Assembly (NCBI GenBank): GCA_010093605.1
Contig: MU004194.1
Span: 1,154,323 to 1,218,322, forward strand
Length of the DNA stretch: 64,000 bases
Origin: Lophium mytilinum
Taxonomy: Eukaryota
Direction of reading: 5' to 3'
In this document: positions 38,641 to 52,190 of the stretch, piece after piece
How positions within the stretch are numbered: the first letter of the stretch is position 1
How the letters are laid out: the number at the start of each line of letters is the position of its first letter
The notes under the pieces: generated by a model
Seen by the model: the letters and a program-made list of their open reading frames with translations, nothing else
Database searches by the model: none
Told to the model about the DNA's origin: nothing
Translations under genes and position numbers: made by a program

Positions 38641-39335
38641 TCTTAGTTATATTACCTCTAATTATGTTTTTACTTATTAGGTATAAAGCATCTACACAAC
38701 TATCTTATTTAATTATCTAATTGGCTACAGACTTAATAAAGCTGAATAGGGGCTCTACTTTGCCTGCTTCACTCACTCGCTAATTCGAAATGCTCTCTTT
38801 ACAGCACAACCGCCCCTGTGTACAACAAACAAAAGTGATTATACTTGTCCTTGTCCTCCGCGTCCAAGCACAACACACACTACGGCCACTTACACCTGCG
38901 GCTACTACTACTGCTCTTTCTAGGGGTAAGAACCGTGCCCGGCCGCTAGGCCTATAAAGTAGGCGGCGATGGAAGAGGTCGCGGCTTAATTCAGAAGAGC
39001 CCTAAGAAGGTAAGATTTCAACAGCTTTAGCATGCTTATAGGCATATAGGCCCGGCAGCTAGCAATGTAAAAGCGTAAGGATGGTGGAATTAGATCTAAG
39101 GGATGAGCAATAAAACTAATTAAATACAGAGGCTTTTAAGCCTCACAGATAGATAGCCCCATGTACTGCCTCAAGTACGTACGGCATGGATCATGGATGC
39201 ATGTAAAAATCGAGCTCCGGACGAAGCTCTAAGCCGGTTTTGGCCAATCAGAAGATCAGACAAGAGGGTGAGGGTGCAAATACCGAAAAGAAGGGTGTGA
39301 AAATCCAAAAAGAGGGTGTACACCCAGGTATCCGT
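38641..39335. mobile_element. Non-autonomous TIR element with about 95-bp TIRs
   Basis: The left arm ...TCTTATTTAATTATCTAATTGGCTA is a RIP version of the reverse complement of the right arm TGGCCAATCAGAAGATCAGACAAGA... Confidence 0.5.
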
Positions 39336-39569
39336 GCCCTACTTGTACGTGCTATCTGCTTGCATGTTAAATCCTAGAAGCCGCTGTGCTTCCGCCTATT
39401 GCAATGACGCCGTGTCTCGGTTCTGACCAGATGAACGAGAGAAGATATATTAGAAGATAGGTTCAGAAGCTAGAAGTGACCCAATGCCCCCAAACGCCAT
39501 TCCCGTTCTAACCGTAGTCAGAAAACACCTACACCGCACCGCGTAAGCAAGATACGAGCGTAGTCTTGG

Positions 39570-40663
39570 TCAGTCGGCGAGTCTGTATGATCGTTAGTCG
39601 TGTTTTCCTCCCTTAGTCTCCAGCACATCTTACCTATAGCTGACTAGTGTGTCCACACGATGGTTACTCGTGCTGAAGCTCCGCAGCTGTACCTTTTCGC
39701 CATTCTTGATCTCCTTTGCGTCGCTGTCACCCCATTCCAGTGGCACGTCTGAGTCTGCATCTGCATAGACCAGCACGTTGAATGTGCAATTGCCGTCGAG
39801 CATGGGCAAAAATGTGACTGAAGCAGTAATCTGGCGGAAGATAGACTGTATCTCAGCTTGGATCTCCTGCTCGGTCTTCTCAGGGACTGGCTCTCCCGCA
39901 CTAGGTCGACGTCAGAGTTATCGTACACAACCTAAGCTGGCGGTCAATAACTCACTCCGCACCAACGTTCTCTTTGTCCGCTGTTTTCTTCGAAGATTTG
40001 GCCTTTGATGGCTTTCCAAACAATTGAACCTTGCAAAGTTTAGCATGTGGCGCTGTGAAGAGCGTGAGAACCAACATCGAACTGCCACCGTTCCACGTGC
40101 TCGCCAGTTTCTTTACTAGTGATGACAATGACAAGTTTTGAAATCTTTCCACCGTACATCCAATCTTTCAGCTGGGACATGATTTTCTTGATGTAGGCTT
40201 TGACTTGGTCGTCTGCGGTCACTATTGACGATTTAGAAGAGCATCCCTCATCGCGACGAGCGACTTACCCATCATTGTCAAGCCATACTTCTTGACGCTA
40301 TGAGTCGTTTAGTATATATAACAACTATTTTGCTAAAATATGGAGACATACGCAGTGAAATCTTCTGCAGGATACACACCGCGCTGGAACCTGGGACCGG
40401 TCAGCAGGCACGCATTTGAAGTGCAAGCGTTTGACTCACAGAATAGTGTTTATCGAATATTCAAACTAGACATCGTTAGTCTTAGATATGCAAGGCAATT
40501 GGGTGAGCGTTAGGGCCACCTACAAACTCGGATACAACCTTGGAAGACCCTAGAAAGCGTTAGTCAATCCACTCCGGCTCAGTGCAAGGAACGGGGCACC
40601 TTTGAGCGCAAGTTTGTGCACCTTGGAGGAGTCTTTCTTTGAGGAAACCTTTGGTTGCGACAT
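39570..40663 (-). CDS. MAD2: Spindle assembly checkpoint protein Mad2 (HORMA domain), 9 exons
   Basis: [70 protein letters not shown]. Confidence 0.97.
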
Positions 40664-41044
40664 GGTTCCTGTAGGGCTCCAGTTGCAGTGCTTGCGCGTT
40701 GGTGAGGAGGAAGCTGACGGTGTTCTAAGACGGTGTTGGCGCGGCAACGAGGTTTAGAGGCCGCTCCTCGAACGCGGACTATCTGCGTTGTAGTACGTGT
40801 ACGATATTGTGAGCGTCTGCTCCTAGAGTGTAATTGCACGAAGCTTAGAACCCAGGTCTGGAGCAATGACTTTCACCTCCAACCTTGTGCTGCCAGTTTG
40901 GCGACCTGGGCTTCCTCTCACGTGAACGCCGATTATCGAGATAAGATGTCCCTAGCCTGCAACGACCAGCAAAACTTCGAAGCTCCAGCATACACGTTGT
41001 CCACACGCTGAGACTCGACCGCCTCCCGACCAATTCACCTGGGC

Positions 41045-43090
41045 ATGCGGCCATGCTTCCGCACTGCGAATAGCCTCCTGCAGGCCTGGCAGGCGCCCTC
41101 TCTGCCTCTTCGCGTTTCTCGCACGTCGTGCGCCTCAGTTGGCATCCGGACTTTCATCTCGTCCGCCCCTAGATATGCCCAAGCCCACAAAGCCCAGGCT
41201 CCGTTGGAAGCTAGGATTGCAGCCATTCCGATAGACCGATTTCGAAACTTTTGCATTGTTGCCCATGTTGACCATGGCAAGAGTACACTCAGCGATCGCC
41301 TCTTGGAGCTCACAGGCACGATTGAAGCTGGTGGGAAGAAGCAGTTTCTGGACAAACTTGACGTGGAGCGTGAACGCGGTATAACTGTGAAGGCGCAGAC
41401 ATGTACCATGATCTACAATCACAAAGGGATGGATTATCTGCTGCACCTGGTGGATACGCCTGGGCATGTGGACTTCCGGGCCGAAGTCTCGAGGAGCTAT
41501 GCTAGCTGTGGAGGAGGTACATTATACTACTCTTAGAACGTCCTTTCGAAAGCAAGCTGACAGGACACAGCCTTATTGCTAGTTGATGCCAGCCAGGGCG
41601 TCCAGGCGCAGACCGTCGCAAATTTTTACCTCGCATTCTCCCAAGGCCTTCGACTCGTACCGGTCATCAATAAAGTTGATCTTCCCAGCGCTGATCCCCA
41701 GCGAGCGCTCGAGCAGATGGAAACAGCATTCGAGCTTGATCCCAGTCGTGCGGTGCTGGTCTCTGCGAAGACTGGATTGAACGTAGAAGCTCTCTTGCCC
41801 AACGTCATCAATCAAATACCAGCTCCAGTGGGCGACCATACGAAGCCCCTGCGCTTATTACTGGTCGACTCGTGGTACGATGTCTATAAAGGCGTGATTT
41901 TACTAGTTCGGATATTTGACGGGCAGGTAAAGCCAGGAGATCATATTCGCTCCTTTGCAACTGGTCTCAAATATATAGTGGGTGAAGTCGGGATCATGTA
42001 TCCTGACCAAACCCCACAGACTGTCCTGCGAGCCGGCCAGGTCGGATACATACATTTCAACCCAGGAATGAAGCGATCTCAGGAGGCTAAAGTAGGCGAC
42101 ACATACACAACTATAGGCTCGGAGAAGCTTGTTGAGCCTTATCCAGGCTTCGAGGAACCTAAGTCTATGGTTTTTGTTGCTGCGTATCCTGTCGACCAAG
42201 ACAAGTACGAGCACCTCGAGGAGAGCATTAATCAAATAGTTCTTAACGACCGGAGTGTCACCGTGCAGAAAGAGTCGTCTGACGCTCTTGGTGCCGGCTG
42301 GCGTCTAGGCTTCCTTGGAACCTTGCACTGCTCAGTCTTCGAAGATCGGCTTCGCCAGGAACATGGTGCCAGCATCATTATCACACCTCCCTCCGTGCCA
42401 TTCAAAGTTGTCTGGCGCGACGGCACCGAAACAGTCATCTCAAACCCCGCTGTATTCCCGGACCAAGATACACATCACCAGCGAGTTGCCGAACTACAAG
42501 AGCCTTACGTGTCTGTTACCATCACTCTCCCAGAAGAGTACATAGGCAAAGTGATTGAACTTTGTGAGGCGAATCGCGGTGAACAGAAGGAACTGACGTT
42601 CTTCACTGCTACCCAGGTCATCTTGAAATACGACCTCCCACTCGCTCATCTGGTCGACGACTTCTTTGGCAGGCTGAAGGGAGCAACCAAGGGGTATGCG
42701 ACTCTTGACTACGAAGACGCAGGGTTTCGGCGATCCAACATCGTTAAGCTCCAGCTATTAGTCAACGGCGCTCCTGTTGATGCTGTGGCACGAGTACTGC
42801 ACACTACCCAGGTCGACCGTCTTGGTAGACAATGGGTCGATAAATTCAAGGAACACGTTGACCGCCAAATGTTTGAAGTGGTCATTCAAGCGGCCGTGGG
42901 GAGCAGGATCGTCGCTCGAGGATCGATTAAGCCTTTTAGAAAGGACGTATTAGCGAAGCTTCATGCCAGTGATCTCAGCAGGAGGAGGAAATTGCTCGAA
43001 AAGCAAAAGGACGGCAGGAAGAAATTGAGAGCGGTGGGAAATGTCGCAATCGACCAACAGGCGTTTCAAAAATTCCTAGCTAAGGGATAG
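41045..43090 (+). CDS. GUF1: Mitochondrial translation factor GUF1 (LepA/EF4)
   Basis: [49 protein letters not shown]; presequence; intron 41517-41570. Confidence 0.97.
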
Positions 43091-43646
43091 TATTTTACGC
43101 TACTATGCTACTAAGACGTATGCCTATGTTCACCCAGAGTTTCTCTGGAGTCCAGATTACTCCAAAAGTGAAATGAACGTCAGGTGATTGCTCTGAACGA
43201 CCTGTGACAATCGCCAGACGCCCCTCTTCAACAGCAGTCTACACTTTGAGATGACGTTGCACAGAACAAGCTGAACAACCTATTGTAATTTCGCTTATCG
43301 AATACATGCGTGTGAATGCATGAAAAGAGAGAGGAGCCCTAAAGCACGGTAAAACGCGACGCCTTTCTTGCCGGGGGCCCCATGATAGAGCACGGCCGTT
43401 TCTTTGTTAGTGAACCCCTGGGACGCGTCTCTTGCTCTTCGGTCTTCTTTCGACCACCACACTGAAAGAGAACAGAACCAACCAACCCTGCTAACAAAGA
43501 GCTAACAAAGACGTGCTCTGAAGGTGCGTCTCTGTATCTCGTTCGGGATCACCTAAGAATTTCTCTCACTCCAGCAGCCCATTTCAAGTTTGAAGCTATT
43601 TGTACATTGGAACACCATCCCTCAACCTCGACTATCACTAGACCTG

Positions 43647-44236
43647 ATGGCTGAAGGCATCACCGTTTTATCGAGCGAGCCCCTTCCTAAAGGCTACAGA
43701 TTTCTTCCCAAGGGATCGATATATCGCACCGTCCTTGGCCAGCGGCTGACACGAGAAGCGGGAAGACCGCTGTTTATCGTGCTCCATCCTAAGACGAAAG
43801 CTCGAATCGGCATCCGGATCCCGAGTAATATCTTGCGTGAGGTTCAACGTCAAGATACATTGACCAAAGCGGCAAGACTCGCAGCAACCCACAGGCGTGA
43901 CGAGAACCTCGAACGCCAGGCGCGCGACGTGTTGCGGAAGTTGTATCCCAAAATACCCAGCTCTGCCATGGAGCAGTGCCTCCACCGGGCTTTCAAGAAG
44001 CGAGCAGGGAGAATCGGAAGATGTGTTAGTATATCATGAAGCCTCCATTAATGACCTCGACTAACCACTAACAGTTCACTGTCGATATGACGAAGCGCGT
44101 GCACCTAGCCCTAGCTGCTCACGTGAGGCACACTCTAACAGACTATGACAAGCTCCTGAATGCCGGTTCCACAAAGGAGAAGGCGAGAAAGGCGATCAAT
44201 CCAAAAGTCGGCAAGATTTTAGCTGGCTGGAGATGA
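43647..44236 (+). CDS. DUF2293-domain protein
   Basis: LYPKIP...AFKKRAGRIGR|...VHLALAAHVRHTLTDYDKLL...KILAGWR; intron 44025-44074. Confidence 0.8.
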
Positions 44237-46214
44237 CTTGTTGGCTTTGGGTGCTAGTAGCAGGCTAGGAAGGAGGGTTGCCTGGCCTTTTGACTTGTGA
44301 GTGCGATCTTGATTAACACAGAGCATGAAATGAGACTAGCTTACATTTCGTAGTTCGTTCTTAGCATGAGGCGGTACACCACCGGCTGGCGTGGAACTTC
44401 AGCTACGCTCTCCCTAAAGTGCCGCTGATGTGGTGTTCAAGTCGTTGAATAGGAGGCGTAGGAGACCTAAGCCTCTCACTCAATAATGCTGGCTAACACA
44501 TCTAACCGACGGGGCATTAAGATGGTTGGCTTAAGTTGTTGTATGGGAGTAGCAAAAGTTCAACATCATGGCAGCGTATTTCCAACCGAGGTTTGAATGC
44601 AGGCTAGTGAAGGTATATGGAGGGAACTAACCCGGCGTTGGGACTTGGGAAGCCAGCTCTGGAAGAGAGACAGTAATCCATCACTGGCTGGTGGGTATTT
44701 GAGGGCTGTGCATGTGCCACTGCAAATGACAGCTATCTATGCTGCATAGGTATTTTGGCGGCTTGGCTCAAGGAGCCGATAACGGGTTGAATACAAGCTT
44801 GTATTGGAAAGGATGAAATAGGGTAAGGAGCATGCTTTACTTTGGCGGGCTGGAGCTATAAGAAAAGGTTGTGTTGCGATTGGGCACGTGTTTGGATTTC
44901 ACGTGATGTAATGTTGGACCGGATCGTGCTCTGATATGGCTGCGCCATACAAAGGTAGTTAGCCGCGTCCTACGATTGCAGAGGACATTCGAGTTATTTT
45001 GGGTCGTGTAGTCTAATCGCAATCCATATCGCAACCAAGTTAGGGTTCCAGACTAGTGCCATTTTGGCCGGAGGGGCAAGTCTAGGCTTTCTTCATATAT
45101 TAATCCATATTGTTTGAAGCATTTTCTCTCCAGGTGAGAAAACATCCGCCAGCGGAACAACGAGCAAGTGAGGCTGGGCATGAGTTCGCTGCCACACTGC
45201 TGAGGTCGGTGACAGCTCATCATCCTTAGCGTGAAGGGGCCGCAACCAATGAACGGGTCTCCACTATCATCTCAGCTTGCGGACGCCAGGGTCGTCCCGG
45301 AAACCTGACCAAGGGAAAATCGGGGCTTTAAGCTCCCCCCGGGACGGGAGTGGATGACGACGAGGCATCACTGGAGGGAGTCTGGAGAGGCTGACTGCAA
45401 CCTTGGAACTGTGCTGCGTGCTCTCAGAGCCAGATCCCAGTCCAGCAGTCTGAGCGGAGCGTGGGTCTCCCCAGCCACCGATAGAGACATTTTCGAAGAG
45501 TCAATTGAGTGCCCTCACACCCCCAAGCGGAGGGCTGTCGTGGACCTCAGGCCCCGAACCAGCACACTGTTGGCGCCTGCAGCCACCGTTTGTTCGGAAC
45601 AGTATTGAGGGCAATATTGTGGGAGGCCGAGCGTTTGTTGATGGCCCCGGTGACAGCGAGCGCCGCCAATCACGACGCCGCGTCCACCTGCCCATCTCGC
45701 CCGCGCCTGCCACCAGGTTTCTTTTGCTCAACCTCACTCCAGCGCTCCCTCCAACCTCCCACCGGCCATCATCGCGGCCTCACCTCCCGAGCCGTGCCCC
45801 TTGTGCTCCTCGTGGACCTCCTTGTATGCACCGACGCATCTGCGCCGCACGCCTAATTACTACTACCCTGCCGAGGAAGTGCACCAACCCCCTCAGCCTT
45901 CAGCTCTTACCACTCTCCGCCCTTACACTCTTCGGCCTCCCACGACGGTCAAGACCTCGACCGCCCGCCCTCCACTTTCGACTCTGCTGGCCATGCGCTG
46001 AGTTCGTCTCGACACGACACCCTATCGTCGGGACAGCTGCGACAATCCATTGGCTGGCTCCAGGCCCATTGCAGCGCCTGCACCACCCGGCAGAGACAGT
46101 CCACGCACTCTCGCCTCGACCCACCAGGTCGCTCTGTGAAGACAGACCCTACGCCCTCGACTCCGACCCACGCACGGCAAACCGCTTCCATGAATTCTTG
46201 AGCTGCACCTCATC

Positions 46215-49200
46215 ATGGGTATAGGAAAGCCTCCTCTGCCAGCGCCGACCGAAGCTTCCTCCATCGATAACGACACGACCCTCGGAGACGACTTCGCCAC
46301 AGACGTATCTCGTCGCACAGACAAAACTTCTTACTCCATCCCTGAGGACGGGAGCCCAGTTACCATATCTACATCCAAAAACCAGCCAACCCTGCGAGGT
46401 TCTCATCCCTCACAGACGTCGCTGCTGATCGAGTACTTTGAAGCCGGAAAGGGAGAAGGGAAGGTTCACTCGCGGCCCAGTGTCCGAGTACGTGTGACGC
46501 CGTCCTCCCACCGCAAGAGCAGGTCTGCAAACGACCACATCCAGATCACTCAGACTTCGCGGAGCTCGCGCAAGCCCTCCTACACTCGCCGCATCTCGCT
46601 GGGAGCTAAATCTCGCGACGTACCTGTGATTCAGCCCTCTGAAATTTCCTTATCCGAGGATTCGAACCTCTCTGGGCGACCGCCTGTCGAGGTCGAAGTC
46701 CTGCAGAACGTCAGCGACTTATCAAGGTCTGACCTCTCCCACGGCCGATATATCCCGGCAGCATCTGACATCTCGTCCATGCCGCCGGATAGTCTGCTGG
46801 AGGGTGAATCAGTCAATCGAGCTTCGGAAGTTCGGTCCAGTCGAAGCACTGAGAGAGAGGAACTCATGGACAACCGCAACACATTGAGCGCGCCATCCGG
46901 GGGCCGCGGCCGAAGCCTCAGCAAAGAGCGAATTACGCAAAGAGTCATGGAAAAACTCGCCAGTAAACCAGCCGAAACCCAGCTGGTCTCAAGTCGTGAT
47001 AGAAGAGCCAGCAAGGAAGAGCTTTCCGACAGTGGCAAAGCAGCTCGGAGGCGGAACAGTAAGACTCATCATGACGAAGACGTCGTCAGCGCAACCGACT
47101 CCATGCTTTCATCAAACTTGAATCGACGATCCGGAGATACTCAATCCATGCGCTCGGGGGTTTCTGCGGCCTCTTCGTCCATCAACAACCCTCGCTTGCT
47201 CCAAACCGTCGAGGACGCAATCAAGCGCCTTATTCTTCCGGAACTGAACGCTTTAAAAGAAGAGCAACGGACTCAGCAAAATCGGAGCAAGTTCGACCAC
47301 AACTCACGAGAGAGCGCGTACGAGAGTATTCCGTCTGCGAGCTCCCGTGAAACGTCCCAAAGGCGTGTTTCTAAGTCTTCCAGCGCTCCAAATGTCGCCG
47401 CTTTGAAACCAAAAGTTGTCTTGAACCAGGACGAAGACCATCCTGGAGTGGTTTTGTCCGGCAACTCCATCAGAAAGGAGCGGCGATCAAGTCGCGGATC
47501 GACCTCAAGCCGCAGCCATGATAGACGTGACTCAACCGAATCTATAGGGCGAGGAGAGGAAAAGACCTATAGCCGCAAAAGCAAGGATCGTCATCGTTCA
47601 AGAGACGCTGCTGCTGCAGGGCTAGTAGGTGTAGCGCTAACGGCGAATGCACTTCGGCATCATGACTCTAGGGAGTCAACAGAAGAGAAGAGTGAGAGAA
47701 GGAGGCGTCGCAAAAGCAGCCGGAGCCGGTCCACAAGCATCTCTGAGACGATTGATGGGAAGCGTCACCTCGAGGCGGAGATTCCACCTATGCCCCTATT
47801 GCAGAGTGAGCTACAGGGCTCAGAGCTTACCCGAGAATCCATCATCTCAGCTAGTACTGAACGACCGGTCTCGAGATCTTCGGTCGATGTCAGTACGCCT
47901 GTACAGGAGGTGGCCCGCGGATCTGGTCGTCAGATGTTTTCATCTACTCCAAGCACGCCAACCCGCACCCCTGTGGCCCTACAACGAGGCCTCCATAACT
48001 ACCACAGCAACCTCTCTCAAGGGGATATTAGCATCACTAAAGTAAAGAGCGACCGAAGCCTTGCTTCAACGGGGAGGGTTGCTGCTCCCGCTGCCCTGAG
48101 ACCGGGTGCAAGTGGGACGTCGGTCAAGGAGCGCGCTCTGACACAAGAGCCTGTTTCTCAGTACGAATACGCTGAGCAAACTCCACCCCGTGAATTTAGC
48201 CCAGTGCAGAGCATTGCAAGCTATCAAGACGGCGATGATCGTGAGGTAAGGCATTTGCCATCTACTCATAGTCCCGTATCCCTTTCCTCCACAGGCCGCC
48301 GGGCTCATAGACAACGATCCACTCTGTCTATTGGCTCCATGGAATCTTCTCCTAGTACCAAGATGGCGCATACCCGAAAGCGTCCCCAAGGCGTGAACCT
48401 CGAGAACAGCCACGACACCTACAGTGAGGACTTTCTAAACGATGCCCAGCAGCCGCAGACTCCGAGGGATGTTGACGACTTCTTTGCTGAAAATCACCAG
48501 CAAAATGAGGTCTATAGAAGGGAACTTGAGAATAACAGCCAACAAGGATCACCAGCAATCGATTACAAGCACATGACCAACTACACGGACGATAGCGGAG
48601 AAGGTCAATACCTCGATAAAGTCTCAGTCGGTCAAGACATTCGTGGCGTGGGAGCTAATCCAGAATACGTACATACTCCCCTTGCTGTCGAGTCTGCTGT
48701 AGCGTCACTTCATGAACCATCCACTCTTAGCGTGAGGTCGTCACAGCCCAGTCCTTTGAAAGGCGTTGTGCTGTCTCGTGCGAGCTCTTTCCAGAACGAG
48801 GGTCCCTCGCAAGATCAGCAATCGGATCATGTTCGGAGGGAGTTAGACGCAGCATATCCAGATAACGGGAGTCGGGAACGATGGGGCTCTGTCAAGGACC
48901 AGGCTCATACTTTAGGGCACACCCGGAGCCAAGAACGGAGTGCTAGGAACTCCCCTCAACACAGCATCTCTCGTTCTATTGATGAGCCCGTACAGCTAGG
49001 CGCGAGTGCTTTCCCGGTTCAGGATGACATGCTCCCCGAGTTTGGTTACGGCATGGACGACGAGTCCGTAACTACCAACCCTTCGATTATCAGGGGCCCA
49101 ATTGGTGGCGGGGATTATCAGGATCAGCACTGGCACACCGAGCCAACACCCCCGATGTCATCTGTTGACGTTCGCGGACACGACGACCAAGAGGTGACTG

Positions 49201-51599
49201 CTTCACGGGGAAATGTAGCTACCGCAGGGCTCGGTGCAGGCGCTGTCGCTATTGCTGCTGCGGCTGCAGCTCGCATCCAACGTGAAGAGGGCGATTCGCG
49301 TACTAGGCTTGATCGAGATTACCAGCCTTCCGTGGAAGATGAGTACGAACTGCAGAATGCCTATCAGCCAAGAGGTGTAGTTACACCTGCGAGCCCCACG
49401 CTATGGAAAGACGAAGGCTACATGTCCGCCAATCAACCCGGAGCTATCACGCCTGACTATCAGAACCGATCGAGACAGTTTGAAGACGACGTAGAAGAAG
49501 ACCCGTTCACGACCAACAAAAAACACTTGCGCCATTTTAGCGGTAACTCTCATGGAATGTCATCGCCTCTATACGATGGCGCCACTGGTCGAGGCATCGA
49601 CAAGATTCAATCCAAAGATGTCGTAGCACTTATGGACCATCTCACAGTGCGTGATGCGCAGCGGAATGCTCGAGATACCGAGATCTTGGTTACTCTTGTG
49701 AGGAGTGCTGCAGAAATGCGGAATTCGTTCGAGGAGATGAAGAAATATATTGCTGATCAGGACCGGATGATCATGGCAAATACGGACAAGAGAGTCGATG
49801 TGGCCGAGCAACGAATCCTCCAGGGACCTCGGCCACAGCCTCTAGGATCACCGCGAGTTCCGAGGCAGTCCTCAGAAGGCATGAGCGATATCCAAGCTCA
49901 AAAGAAGAACATCCTCAAGCGAGCTCTGAGGGGTCTGAGCATGAAAGGCAACACCGATCTGTCCAAAATAGAGGACATGCTCACTCATCTGCTTGGCGAA
50001 GTCGAAGTCCTGAAGGATAACCAAGCATTCCAATTACGCCAACCAATGACGCAGTCGAATAGCCTCAACTCGTACGAAAACCTGCGGGCTGGCGGTGACC
50101 CTGGTTACGAGCCGGAAGGCCAGGCTGGCACATCATCTTCGCCAAATCATTCCGGATATCTTTCCAATCCATCGTCGAGGAAAATTGATGGCATGCACTC
50201 CGGCTACGACGGCCGCCGGGGATCCGAGCATCGCATTAGCACAGTTCTGGAAGGAGACGAGGACTTAGATGGCCACGAGCCCCATTTGATGAACAGCCAG
50301 GATGAAAACGACGAACGGCTCCTCACACCAACTCAAGAAGTCCGTCGTAAGGTATCCCTGCCACTAGGAACACCCCCTCAGCCTACACAGCCGCTCCAAG
50401 GGCAGCACAGTCAAGAGAATACACCCAAACGCAAGCACAAGTCAACCAACTCTTCTATTTTTGGTTTCCCTAAAAACCTTTCGCGTTGGTCAAAGACAAC
50501 TGCATCCACCGTACCGGACAGCGCCGGTCGCAATAGCGGCTCACGGGATAAACGCCCTCACTCCGATGCGTCTCGTTCTGGGTCTAACTTGAACGTGAAC
50601 TATTACGACGATAATCAATATGAGCTACGCCATGATGACCGCCTGCCTTCCTCACATTCGCTTGACGGAGCCCTTGCGGCCCGAGATCTTCGGTCCCCAT
50701 CCCCTTTGATTCCTGAGCATGAGCATGAGGATGACCAGCACGGTGGCTTAGTGCCTGAGCTGGACGACCCGAAATACCAAGCTCATCGCAATTCTTTGAA
50801 TCTGCAACACCCCCAACCTAGGCCTGGCCCCACGCATCGACACCAATCCCATCTTGAGTCCCAAGCTCAAGTATTTGAGCCGGTCGCCTCTCCAGATTTT
50901 GATCAATGGGGCTCCAATCCATCTTTGGCGCGGAACAGACTTAGTGGCGGAAATGCCAGTATTGGTGCAGGGAACTTGTCTCCTATTTCGTCAGACGGCG
51001 GATACTCCCAACATAGCGCTGCTGAACAGACAGCACCTCCTCGGCCACCCAAGGTTAGAGACGATGGCCCGCTGGTTCCGCAGCAGCAGCCACTAGCAGG
51101 GCATGGTCAGACCCGGCAAATGTACAGCAGCCCTGGTGGAATGGGTAGTCAAGGCCAGCTTACACCCCTCGCGCCTATACAGGAAGTAAGATACAGCCTA
51201 GAGACGGATACTGGGCACCACGTAAGCTGAATACCGTGACGTCCCCGCTCCCTTACTGATCAATCGCTAGTATTCCCCAACGCCTTCCCCCCGCCCCACA
51301 AACGCTAGTTTGAATGCTTCTAATGCGATGCATAACCCTCAGCGTAAGATCACCGGACCTCGTCCGATGGGAAGCAGAAGTCCAAGCGGTCAACCTCAAC
51401 AAGAAGACGTCCACTTTGACAACACGGGGACGGTGCGGAGGAAGCCTGTTGCGAGGCCCATGGGTACGTAACGACATTCGAATCAACATGCATATCAAAG
51501 AGGAGATTCGAAACGCGAAACGACTAACACTACTCTCGTGTAACAGATACAGAAAGCCTAGAGAGTTACAGAAGCAGCCTCGATAGCGAAACTTTCTAA
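46215..51599 (+). CDS. Large (about 1750 aa) Ser/Arg-rich, mostly disordered fungal protein with a coiled-coil core, function unknown
   Basis: 1671-codon ORF plus two 3' exons (introns 51222-51270 and about 51463-51546); conserved-looking blocks SLLIEYFE, VEDAIKRLILPEL, ALMDHLTVRDAQRNARDTEILVTLVRSAAEMRNSFEEMK. Confidence 0.85.
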
Positions 51600-52190
51600 T
51601 GGTAAAAAGTATGCAACAGTCAGGTAGTAAAAATAGGAAGGCTATTAGTTCGAGCGCCTTTGCTGCAGAAAGCTGCGATTATTTCGCTTTGTTTATGGAA
51701 ATCAGCCATGTTCTTTGCTCTTTCGTCTCTGGTGCGCTCTCCTCGACTTGTTATATTTGCCAAGGGAGCGCGCCATCATGGTTGATGTTACATAATGGTT
51801 GTTTATAGCATGAGTGGCTCTTCATGACCTCCTGATGATCTGCATACTTGGAAAACTGGGTTCAGTCTGGAGTTGGATGATTATCGATTGGTATCCAATC
51901 AACAGTAGATGAGTGTGAGGGGTACTTGCTTCGAGGAGTCCGTACCGATGACGAATAAATGAATGATTGGTGCAGTAAAATCGAGCGGGCATTAGCATAC
52001 ATATTATCTTGTACGTAGTTGATGGAGAAACGGGCGAAGAAACGCAAAGGGAACCTATAGAATCTTTTAGAACAATTAAGCCATGTGACGCTACTAACGC
52101 TTAAGCATCAGAAAGTATACCAAGTATAGCTTCTTACTCTATAAAATAAAAAAGTATTCATTCTAGCTTACTATACTTTATATAGGCAAT

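Larger units (their letters stand above)
35420..39350. other. AT-rich RIP island of nested TE remnants
   Basis: TpA-rich with no real ORFs; contains LTR copies and TIR pairs. Confidence 0.9.

Noticed and set aside
45505..46224. 239-aa ORF upstream of the large gene
   Set aside because: Non-ATG start and Pro/Arg-rich; most likely the C-rich 5' leader or promoter.
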